NCBI GenBank assembly: GCA_000934665.2
Contig: KZ538208.1
Span: 1 to 64,000 of the forward strand
Length of the DNA stretch: 64,000 bases
Source: Catajapyx aquilonaris
Lineage: Eukaryota
Reading direction: 5' to 3'
In this document: one piece after another, positions 42,901-52,482 of the stretch
Position numbering within the stretch: position 1 is the stretch's first letter
Layout of the letters: every line of letters begins with the position of its first letter
Made by a program: the position numbers and the translations under genes
The notes under the pieces: generated by a model
What the model saw: only the letters and a program-made list of their open reading frames with translations
What the model was told of the DNA's origin: nothing
The model's database searches: none

Positions 42901-45647
42901 GCTTGCAATTTCAATAAGGGCGATGGACTCCATCAAAATTCTGCCTGACTATACTGAATGGAGACTATTTTTACATGGCATAAAAAACCCGATCAAAAGT
43001 TGATTGTTTGCATGCTACGCCCACAATGATGACGTCAGTATTATTGCATCATCAGTTGTAAAGGCCATCAACATTATTCCTTCACAGCCCAAGGAACCTT
43101 AACTACATTAGAGGTTAATAAAACTGTTTACGCACCATAATAAAGTTATATGTAACCATAGTGCTGATTTGCATAAACAGCAAACTTTACCTCCTGCTTT
43201 AATCAAAATGTACCACAAACTTCCAAAATTAGCAACCGAGGTAGAAACAGCGGAAGAAATATCGACTAAAATTAAGGCGAATAATGGGGCTAACAATCAT
43301 CCTGATGTTAATCAGCAACTTTAGTTCACCATACCACCTGCAGTGTTTTATGCACCCTCCACCTGCCCTTGACCTACGTAGGAAAAAAAAATACCTCACG
43401 AGAGACCTTCAAATGTGCCAGTCAAACCGTAAACTAATTCTTCACCTGGATGGAGTGATGGACTTAACGTCAGTTTGACAAATCATCGCACTTGGTCTGC
43501 CACGACCGACTAAAATATTGGTGTTATTCAGTCTCTAGAGACTGAAAATGAAGCTCTCTATCTTATCTATGAGCTTCATTTTTTTTGTACAAAAGCCTGA
43601 GGGTAATCTACGCCTGCATAGTTTATAATTAGTTCTCCCTGGTTGTTCGTAAAGATGAAAATTGCGATAAGCTTGATGGCAATTATTGTTAATTGTTGCG
43701 CAAAAGTTAAAGGTAAAAAGTTTATGTACATGAAATTGTACTTCACTTATTTACTTTTTATTAGAGTTATTCACCTTGCAGATATCTTATCCTGAATATC
43801 CAGCAACTTATTCGCCTCGCTTGTTCACAGTGAAAAAAGCCTCGCAGGGGTAATATAAGTTCTCTTCAAACCTACCCTCTTTTTTTTTTGCGAAACCCCG
43901 AGGAAAGCTCGTTATTGTGCTCAGCTCAAGTGTAGTATGATCACAACAACCTCAATTTTTTGGCTGGTGAGATGGGAAGGCCATAGTAAAGCAGCTTTAC
44001 TTCCAGAATTCGCTGAATCTGGGCCAAATGAACTTCTAAAACCTTGTTGGGACTGCCCACACAAAAAAAGTGGCCAAAAATGTGAGCCAATTAAGACCTA
44101 GTTGGACCTGAAATGGTTCGTGGTGTAGTCCCCAATGGGGTTTTTACCGCACTGCTGAAATCGAAATCATGTTTCTGCTTAATTACTGTGTGGTCAGAAG
44201 TGTCAAAAATGTGGATTAAAAGTTTCTACCCTCAAACCGCCTATAGAACAGAGTTCTCTATTGTAACTAGGCATATTGCGCTAATTCAGTGTGGTGTTCT
44301 TGTAAAAAAAAGGTCACTTTCAATTTGCTAATTTTTGCCTCAAAAAGTGTTGGAGAGCTCGTTAGATGAATTCCCACGTGAGTAATGTAAGCTCCAGGAG
44401 CCTGATGAAAATTATAAGACCAACCGCCGTTTCTCCATAGCACTGCATACTTATTAGAGGACGCGTCAATATCCTGGGGGTCCCAAGTTGCTAATTTCAA
44501 TGCCCCGTTTCCGCCAAAATCCGATTGCAAAAGTTTTTGTCAGCACAACCAACTTATCTACCGCTGGAGGATATACCGGATTTCGCTTTTAATGGGACTG
44601 TTAAAACTAGCAACTATATTTTTTTTCTTCTAAATATTTTTATTACATTCCAATTGTTGTCAAACAGCTAAATAATTTTACAACCGTCTTTAAAGCAGCG
44701 GTCTGTGTGAATACCCATTTGCATCACACTGGTTTTATCGCTAATATTTCGCGCAAAGTCGTAAAATGTGGGCTTGCATTATCTGAAAGCGTGGATTTTC
44801 ACAGCATTATATATATTTTTTACGAGTGACCATGAAAAATGAGGGTTGACACTAATGCGGTTGTTTACCACGATCGAGAAAATCCATGATTTGCAATGGA
44901 ATTACCAGGCAATGTTGACATTACAAGAGAGGAGTCTAATTAGAGGGGGTATGTCTCTAATTACTGCAGTGTCAGCCCATTCGATTGGAAGAAACGTGTT
45001 CGGGGTGTTGGATTTTTTTTTCTTCTCTCTGGCTATTCATTCGGAATGACATGCCGAAAAGGAATCGATATCTGGAGAGAATCCACACGATCTCTCTCAA
45101 TGTCGCCGAAAAAAAAAAGAATCAGGAAATGCAATTTGCCTATTCATTCATAGGTGATAAGCACTGTACTCGCACAATAATGAACGTGTAGACGAAATTT
45201 TCAGACACATTTTATTGTGGGGGGGCTTTCCCAGCACAAATTTTCTGCGCATAATAAGGTCACGTTATTGCATGCGACATGATTAAATCAGGACCGATGA
45301 AACGTCAACAAGCGCCACGCAAACCAATGTCGAAATCTAAGTAAGACCAAGTAGTACCATGCAAACTTACCAAAGATGAGCGTGAGCATGTCTGCGATGG
45401 CCAGATTGAATAGATAAAAATTGGTGCAGGTCCTCATGTAGTGAGCCTTTGCGATCACAATACACGTGCTGATGTTTCCGATCATACCGCTGATGAAGAT
45501 GATCAGATACACCACGGTTATTGGTATTAAGCTGGATAATGGTAGGTGTTTGGGTCCCAGATAGAACTGGATGTATGCCTCCATGTCCAGGGCCGAGTTG
45601 GTGGTGGGGATGGCCTGCCCCATACTACTGGTTGGTTCTAGCTCCAT
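392..45647 (-). CDS. Neuropeptide GPCR, PRXamide/neuromedin-U receptor family (CAPA/pyrokinin receptor-like), multi-exon. Exon 1A 45647-45371 OR exon 1B 26022-25725, then 12597-12332, 5581-5299, 2208-2074, 1540-1272 (or read on to stop at 1236), 970-392
   Basis: Class A motifs appear in order across phase-compatible GT-AG exons: LGPKHLP/GN (TM1), TNxYLFNLAxAD (TM2), [11 protein letters not shown] (ECL1), ERYIAICHP (TM3), SAWCA (ECL2), FFVVP (TM5), [13 protein letters not shown] (TM6), NSTINPILY (TM7). Junction phases 1,0,1,1,0 all keep the frame. Predicted about 421-428 aa (short tail) or 602-609 aa (long tail). The CAPA versus pyrokinin subtype is from recalled motifs only. Confidence 0.9.
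1236..1540 (-). CDS. GPCR exon 5 (TM7, helix 8, Cys-rich proximal tail); ends at TAA 1236 or splices from an internal donor after 1272
   Basis: Acceptor [44 protein letters not shown]...CLCCCCCCY; internal phase-0 donor CTG|GTTAGC. Confidence 0.9.
1584..1624. repeat. Short (TTTTACC)n-type tandem repeat
   Basis: TTACCTTTTACCTTTTACCCCTACCTTTACCTTTTACCTTT. Confidence 0.8.
2074..2208 (-). CDS. GPCR exon 4 (TM6, ECL3); not in the ORF track in this frame
   Basis: Acceptor TTCCTTCTCTTACGACAG|TG; manual translation [45 protein letters not shown]; donor G|GTAAGG; 135 nt, phase 1 to phase 1. Confidence 0.93.
2849..2988 (+). mobile_element. Non-autonomous Helitron-like element, copy 1
   Basis: A|TCTGTAATATTAAAATC...GGAACTAG|T (5' TC, 3' CTAG, A/T target, no TSD); both ends recur near 30.8 kb. 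Confidence 0.6.
5299..5581 (-). CDS. GPCR exon 3 (ECL2, TM5, ICL3)
   Basis: Acceptor [34 protein letters not shown]...[17 protein letters not shown]...SRRAVIRML; donor G|GTAAGT. Confidence 0.93.
6897..7056. mobile_element. Small MITE-like element (160 bp), TA-flanked, in a GPCR intron
   Basis: AAAGAACGATCTGACGTCACA (6911-6931) and its exact reverse complement TGTGACGTCAGATCGTTCTTT (7022-7042); imperfect symmetry extends to TA|CAGT...ATTG|TA. Confidence 0.7.
12332..12597 (-). CDS. GPCR exon 2 (end of TM2, ECL1, TM3, TM4)
   Basis: Acceptor TTTTTCTATTCTTGACAG|CT (G+CT=Ala with either exon 1); [22 protein letters not shown]...[11 protein letters not shown]...IPWGAYMK; donor AAG|GTACGT. Confidence 0.93.
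25725..26022 (-). CDS. GPCR alternative first coding exon 1B (N-terminus, TM1, ICL1, most of TM2)
   Basis: [11 protein letters not shown]...[64 protein letters not shown]; 298 nt ending G|GTGAGT (phase 1); in-frame TAG two codons before the ATG. Confidence 0.9.
26050..26100 (-). promoter_or_regulatory. Candidate core promoter (Initiator) for exon 1B
   Basis: TCAGTC (arthropod Inr consensus TCAKTY) at 26080-26075, about 56 nt upstream of the ATG in a GC-rich patch; no polypyrimidine tract before the exon. Confidence 0.4.
28878..28993 (+). repeat. Interstitial degenerate (TTAGG)n telomere-type repeat
   Basis: About 20 pentamer units of TTAGG with ATAGG/TGAGG/TAAGG variants. Confidence 0.9.
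30759..30847 (+). mobile_element. Helitron-like element, copy 2 (internally deleted)
   Basis: Shares TAATATTAAAATCyTTCGTTGTATG and CGCCTGCGCAA...AGACAGCGCCTCTGGTGGATGG...GAACTAGT with 2849-2988. Confidence 0.55.
45371..45647 (-). CDS. GPCR alternative first coding exon 1A (N-terminus, TM1, ICL1, most of TM2)
   Basis: AAG-ATG-G start; MELEPTSS...[64 protein letters not shown]; 277 nt ending G|GTAAGT (phase 1). An acceptor-like TTTTCCATTTAG near 45730 suggests a further upstream non-coding exon. Confidence 0.88.
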
Positions 45648-48600
45648 CTTCAGTCCCCGGGCGGCCCTGGGGGCCTCCAGGCCTCCGGACACATCCTGCC
45701 CGGGGCCAGTCCAAGGCCCGACTTATTTCCTAAATGGAAAACCGAGACCCCGCAGAACCGGGGCCTGCGCTGTGTTACCTTAACCGAGGGACCAAGGGCA
45801 CGCGCCCCACGCTGCTGATGCTCTATGGACGTAAAAACCCCCATTCAGGACAGGACTGCGCTATTCATAGAGTTCCATCGAATCTATGCCACATTCTGAC
45901 AGTGATGGAGGAAAACACAGAAACCACTTCATGGGTGAATATTCAGCATAGTGCGGTCCGGATTGGGAGAAAATGTGACTGTGGGTGACGTATAGGGACC
46001 GTCCATTCTGTGTTCGCTGAATCCGAATCCGAAAACCATTTGTCGCTATCTTTTGTGGTTGAGTCCCTGATACCTGTCCACAGACGGACAGACGAGCCGT
46101 GAGGCCTAAAACTTATTTTGATGAGAAAAAGTCTAAAAGTATCTGTCGGACCATACAGCTTACGTCAGTAACTGTTTTTGCAAATCTGTGGCGTATCTAC
46201 ACAAAAAAGATGGTTACTTTCAGGGTTTTTCATCAACTCCCGGGTAGCTCTCGGAGAATTCCTAATGAGAGGACAGACACTTTTTGTGAATATTCAGCAG
46301 GCGTATATTTTTTTTTTCCTGTGGTATTGTCAAAGTTTTGGCGGGCGGCAGCACCGAACTAGGGGCGAAACTTTTTTTTTTTTTGCGTGTAATTAGTATC
46401 AAAGAAGCTGGGTTTGACGTAAGCAGTTGCGTTCTTTGTGTATTACATTAATCACGGATGACAGACTTTTTATCAAGGTGCAGCTATTCACGTGTCGTTA
46501 CTCCGGGCTGCATTATTCAAAAAAAACGGATTAATTACGCCGACAACAATGAATAAAGTGTAGGGCTCACAAGTATTATTGCGAAAGAAATTTTTCTACC
46601 CAGAGTTTTCTGAAGGCGAAAAAAAACTGTTATGTAACCACTAACTCAATATTTACAGATTTGAACGTGCGCTGAATTAATACGAAAAATATCAATCCTA
46701 TCCAAAATCCAGTGGCGCACAGATTCGGTTCCATTTTTCATATACTGTCCATATTACGTAAGAACTATATAAAAAACCTAGTTTGAAAGCAAATTCGGCA
46801 AAATGGCTGCCCCTTTTTGTATATCCCTGATCGCTCTTTTCACCTGATATAAACAATGTGCGTAAATAGCGAGAGGCATAGAGCCGCTTTTGTTGCTCTA
46901 CTTTGCTGCCGATCATATCCGCATCGACCAAATATCGATTACTGAGATAATCGTGTGTTTGAAAATAAACAGAAACTATCGATTCATCAGCCTGAATTCG
47001 CCAAAATTCAAAATCGCTGAGATTGCGATCATTGTTGGAGCACCACATACGTCATAAAGTGTGGCCTGCATATCTCTTGCCTCATTCACCCCATGAGAAT
47101 TTATTCTAGGTCTGAACTAGCCTTCAGTACGACGTGCTTCAGATCTCAATAGCATTTTGTTTGGCACAAAGCCAAAATCAGATTTGCAATTATTTTTTTT
47201 TCATTCAACCTCCCAAAACACATGTCGTCAAGTCTTATCTTTGTCGCAAAAAGTATCTGAGCAGACCCCATAATGTGCAATTTGCAATCTGCCCTCATTC
47301 CCTTTTGCGAATCTCATTCCGTATAATCGCGAGCTAGGTCAACTAGAAAACCCCTTGGAATCCGAGCTTAACCCGAATTCAATCCGATTGAAGCCGTCAT
47401 CCTAAAAATTAGTCTGACTTTTTTTTTTTTCTTCTGATGAATGAGCCTTCCCCCAGTGGTATTGATTCCAATTTTTTTTTGGAGATGCCTTGTGACGATC
47501 CCCCGAAAAAACGGTTCCATTTTTTATGCAGTCAGATAGGCGCCATCTTAGTGGTCCATCCGGATTAGGACCGGATAATTGTGTACGTGCCTCGAAATTT
47601 TATTGTTAGGACCTGGTGTTCCATATGACCCTGTACAATGTCTTAAATGTCAAGGGCGCTTAATGGTAGTAAAACATAGTATCAGGATGCGAATCTTATG
47701 CACGCTACCCAAAGGATCGATTGTTAGGAAACTTTTTTTGTACTGCTCATTCTTGCTAAAACTATATGTTCGTTGTTTTTTTGGAGCGAAAGAGGAACGT
47801 CCCCGTGGGGACAGAGTTCATTTCCGGCGCGTTAGTCCCTGGCAAATGAGGAGTGGTTGCGATGTGTATGAAGGGTAATGTCATGCGCTCAGGACGACTT
47901 CCGGAGCCTGGCCTTTATAGAGCTCCCCTGGATTGTGCCAACTACAATCGTAATGAAGCCTCGGGTGTCAGTCAACTTTGTTACGCCAAGTTAATGAAAG
48001 GAGAAGGCGTCAAGTGGGAGTCATAAAAACAAAGGGCGTTCCATTTACATTGCAAGGTACTATTGCAACAACAACAACAGCAGCAAATAAAAGCAAAAAC
48101 CATTATAACATGTGATGTTATGAAGATTTTCCACAGCAAACAAGTGCGATGGAAACATTTTTCTACGTACAATACTGGCCAGCAAAACATGCCTTTTTAT
48201 GGCACATATGCTGTTTATCTCTGCGGCCGTTGTGCTATAATCAGAACGTTACCCTCTTCCCATTACGCGGTACCGCTGTTGCTAGGAAACAAAGCCAATA
48301 CCAAGAGAGTCTAAGATAATGGGTATTAAACTGGTTACAAAACAGCCTATTTGGACCCCACAGTGCGTCCCAAGGGTGGGTTGCTCTTCCCCTTGACCTT
48401 CTGCAGAGGCCTGCTGATTATCGCCTACTCACTGTATCATAATACAGAGTGTGGTGTCGGTGTCCTTAAAACGTGTTCTCTGACCTCGACATTCAAACTC
48501 CCAATTCTCTGATGCAATCCCCATAATGTGTGCAAATCATAATATTTTATACAAATTAACAGACAAAAATTAACTCAGGACAGTGTAGCATATCTACACG

Positions 48601-49160
48601 TTACAAGTGCATGCAAACCATTCACTGACAGTGAGTGCTAATTGGCTCTGGTACAAGTGCGTAGTGCTCCTGTTACAGCCCATTGCCTTTGAAGTATAGC
48701 CTGTTGATGCAACTTTTGTGTGTTGTTTGCAACGTCTTCCACTTGTAAAATCATCTAAAGGTCACCTTTCATGCTTTTAAAGGAATAGCATTGTAGACAG
48801 CTTCTATTCTTGGCACATCATTATAAAAAGGCAGTTTATTTTCAGTGCAAAACTAACATCGTACAATAATTATTGCATATTCGGCGCAAGTTTCAAAACC
48901 TGAAACGAGCACCTGCGATCAAAAAAATAAGTCGGAATGGAAAATATTTTCTTACAAAAATGGGTTATATACAAAGAGATTCACGCTTTTTAAGTAACAT
49001 GGAAGATCACGAGTTATGATGAGGCAACCCTGTTACACTGTGAACTACACGCATCATGGTGACCACTGAGTTGAAAAAACACAATTTAGTAACTAAAAAC
49101 CGAGTTGGGTATCCACACGTTAATGCCCCTTAATATCAACAATCTGCGTAAGGTATGGGC

Positions 49161-50276
49161 CTAGAATTCATCGTGCCTTGCAAGCGCTTCTCCAAAGTCC
49201 GTGGCTTGCGATCCAACGAATAAATCGTACTTTGAGAGAACCTCCTCCTTTGTAAGTGTTTGATCCGAGTTTGTATCAGATTCGAATAGTAAATGGCGGG
49301 CTTCAGCTTCCGCATGATCAAAGTCGGCAGGGATGATCCACTGCTTCACCTGTGGAGAAATGAGACAAATTTTATAAAAATTTAGAAAATGCGACTTGCA
49401 TTACGTTGCCAACTGACCTCTTCGGTGTCGAGAAACCCATCCTTGTCCTTGTCCCTGAAGGAAGAGAACTGCTCCCGCTCATTCCTGACCCATTCCGGCT
49501 CCTCCGCACCTTCCCCATCATCTTCTAACCCTCCCCTGTACATATCCGCAATGTATTCCTTGATAGAGATCTTCCCGTCTCCATCCTTGTCAATATCCTC
49601 CATGGTCTCCACCACAACAATGTCCCGCATGTGACCTGCCTCCTCCGGGTGCAAGAAGTTTGCAAACTCCTCTCGGTTGAGGGATCCATCCTGATCCTGA
49701 TCGGCAATGGACCAACGACGCTGGTCTCGACGAAGCATGTCCTTGTACGAGAGCCCATCATTGTCATTGTCTTGAAGCTCAGAAGGGTCCAGATCTAAAA
49801 AATAATTAAGCGGAAAATTGCAGCAAATGTTGCATGGTGAGAACATTATGCTTACCATCCATAAAGCCGTACACCATTTTTTTGTAGGACTCCCAGTCTA
49901 TGGATTCCTTCCCGTTTGGATTGTGCGACTTCCACTGCCTGTCCACATCGTCCATTAGGTACTTCTTCTGAGTGTACTGAATCCATGCCTTCAGTTCGTC
50001 CTGAGTGACCTGCCCGTCTTTGTCTGTGTCGATCTTGTCATAAATTATTCCCAGGCGCTCCCTACTCTCCTCGGGGGTCAGCTGGTCAAACGATTTAGCC
50101 TCATCGCCCAAAAAGGCTTCGTGGTCATAATCCGAGTTGTGGCCACCGTCTTCCTCGTAGTGGTCTTTGTCACTAAGTTCATTATCTATGGTCCGGTCCT
50201 TCTTCTCTTCATCAGCCGGTTTTGCGAATACCGACGCCAACACCACAAACAGGAGAATGATGTGAACCCGTGCCAT
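49161..50276 (-). CDS. CALU: Calumenin/reticulocalbin (CREC family) ER-luminal multi-EF-hand protein, about 328 aa; exons 50276-49856, 49794-49418, 49349-49161
   Basis: Signal peptide [26 protein letters not shown]...FDQLTPEES motif; EF-hand loops [72 protein letters not shown]-terminal HDEF*. Introns of 61 and 68 nt, GT-AG. Confidence 0.95.
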
Positions 50277-51493
50277 TTTGAGATCTGCAAAAAAGACGGA
50301 ACAATCACATTTATAAGGACAGTCATGAGGTTATCATGGCTTATCTAGTGTAAACAGCGTTAGGATGCACAACATGCGACATCACATTTTTTCTACAACA
50401 TTGTACAGTATGTAGGCAACAATTGCTTTTTACGTAACCAAGGCCAAATCTCCCACTTGACAATACCCACACCTGACACCCACTGAACAATGCATGTCTT
50501 CCTGCGCCTACATGACCTTCGCCAGAAAAATGTAATCCGTTCAAGTCAGGAATATTACCCGATGCGGTTACGTCGTACCATTTGCATTGTAATAATTGTA
50601 TGAAAAGTGATACATACTGTCAGCGATGAATGTCATTATCTATTAAGACCTAGAAGTGGGCCAGGTCTGGAACCGGTCCTGTTTCATTCTTATTGTCTGA
50701 ATGTGACCCAGAGGTGTCACACAGTGGTGACCTGACCCTACATGACCCTGTGCTGGTCCTCACCTGACCTTCCCCAGTTGGTCCAAGCCTCCCTGAGTGT
50801 CCTCCTTCGAGTGAGACCCAAACCCAAACGAAGAAGCAAAAAGACTAGTGCAAAAGTGGCAATGGGCGAATTGCTAAAAAAAGAAAAAAAAGCGAACAAA
50901 TGACGAGCGAATACACGGGTTGCCAGATGCAGCCAATGTTTGTCGCCAAATTTTGATGCCAATTGCGGGCTTCAATTACTTCTTTTTACAATCATGCGTA
51001 CTTTAAATTTGTGTATTAATTAGAGAAGATTTATTGCAGTAATTAGCAAGGTTTAATTAGACATAATTTAGCAGACGAGTACAGAGCTTCACCTGGCTCA
51101 TTGACTTCCAACTCAGCTGTGACGTCACAGGCGCCAACTTTGGATACGTGTACAGTGACATGTTGGAAGGAAATGAACTTATCAATGTCGCAAAAAAAAC
51201 TGGGCTTGTTATTGCAATTGTGGCCTGGGTCCATTGCGCAGAAATGTGCAGAAAAAAAAAGTAATGGGCTTGATATGTTTTGCAGCTGTGAAGGCCAAAG
51301 TTAGGCTGCGGTATCAAAAGTATTAATATTGAAAGGCAAAAGGTGAGAGAAAAACCGGATAAATTATTTTTTGGAACACCCTGTACATTACCTGGTGGTG
51401 GTGCCGCCTCTAGCAGTCGACTGTCATACCCGATGGCACTCAATAGTGTGCATTACTTCAAAATAATTTGTAGGTGCCCCCCCCCCCCCCCCC

Positions 51494-51508
51494 NNNNNNN
51501 NNNNNNNN
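51494..51508. other. Assembly gap (15 N) after a poly-C run
   Basis: Literal Ns in the sequence. Confidence 0.99.
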
Positions 51509-51534
51509 CAAATGCAACAATTCGCAAAAATGTA

Positions 51535-51743
51535 CAGGGTGTTTCAACTTTTTTGTCTGAAGTTATCGGAAATATTGCACTATAAGCTGCTACTTTGTAA
51601 GCAGTGACTTGCAACCGGTTTGTTGGAGGAATGGGGAATATTCCCTGCGAATCTTATGTTGAATTGGCATACACTGCTTACAAAGTAGCAGTTTGGTGCA
51701 GTATTTCCGATAACTGTTCGGACAAAAAAGTTGAAACACCCTG
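51535..51743. mobile_element. Tc1/mariner-type MITE (209 bp) with long terminal inverted repeats and TA target duplication
   Basis: TA|CAGGGTGTTTCAACTTTTTTGTC...GACAAAAAAGTTGAAACACCCTG|TA; the inverted match continues about 70 bp inward (GTTATCGGAAATA, CTGCTACTTTGTAAGCAGTG). Confidence 0.85.
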
Positions 51744-52482
51744 TACATGCGAAAATGTATATAGAAATTGACAGCTGGATGATCTTGCTTTTTTAAACTG
51801 ACCGTTTTATTTAGTCACCATATCAGGACGCAAAAAAAAAAAAAATCGCATTAGTGACATTGACTATACAGCAAGATTTTATTACAACAAATAAATACCT
51901 TGGTGCTAATGTGTTAAATGTACATTTGGTTGTGTTGTTGTTGTTTAAGGAGTAGGGGGAGGGAAAAAATTTATAGGGTCAGGAAGGGGCGGGGGCAACG
52001 AGTATTTCGAAAGGCCAATGGAATCCATTTTTTGAAGTGGTAGAATGTGACTAAAGGAACCAGAAGGAACAAATAATAAAAAAATGGCTTCCGTCGACTT
52101 TGAAAGGGCAGACTTTTTTTTTTCTAGGGGTTAAAAAACCCCACTTGATTTTGTGCAATTAGCAACGGAAGGAATGGAATGACGGAGAGTTATTTGCTTC
52201 AAAAAAAAAAGTCGGGCAGTCCCTGAGGCATATTTTTTTTTCCATCACCATTACTGTCTTCCAAAAATGCCTCCATTTTTTTAAAAATTAGCAAGGTAAA
52301 CAAAGGAAGTTTTGGTTTTTTCTTCTGTTTGTTAAAAGTTATCAAGTCTGCTGAAAAGTAGCGCTGAATGCATTGTTTCTCATGTTTCTCTGTTGAAGGG
52401 TAGCAAAATATGGAAGTTTTCTTTCGGGGCAACTGGGAGAAGAAGTGAATATATTCCGAGTCAATTCGTGCAACGGCACGTG

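Noticed and set aside
26100..45300. A second full GPCR gene body belonging to exon 1A
   Set aside because: No ERY, CWAP or NPxxY-type exons were seen in the ORF track or by reading. A short or highly diverged exon could have been missed, so tBLASTn is still needed.
45648..45692. N-terminal extension MSGGLEAPRAARGLK from the ORF track
   Set aside because: It starts at GTG; the first in-frame ATG with good context is at 45647.
47981..48314. Poly-Q and poly-C ORFs
   Set aside because: Products of a short CAA/CAG microsatellite with non-ATG starts; no coding support.
49389..50348. Plus-strand ORFs over calumenin, and similar ORFs opposite the IR, GR and GPCR exons
   Set aside because: Antisense shadows of real coding exons.
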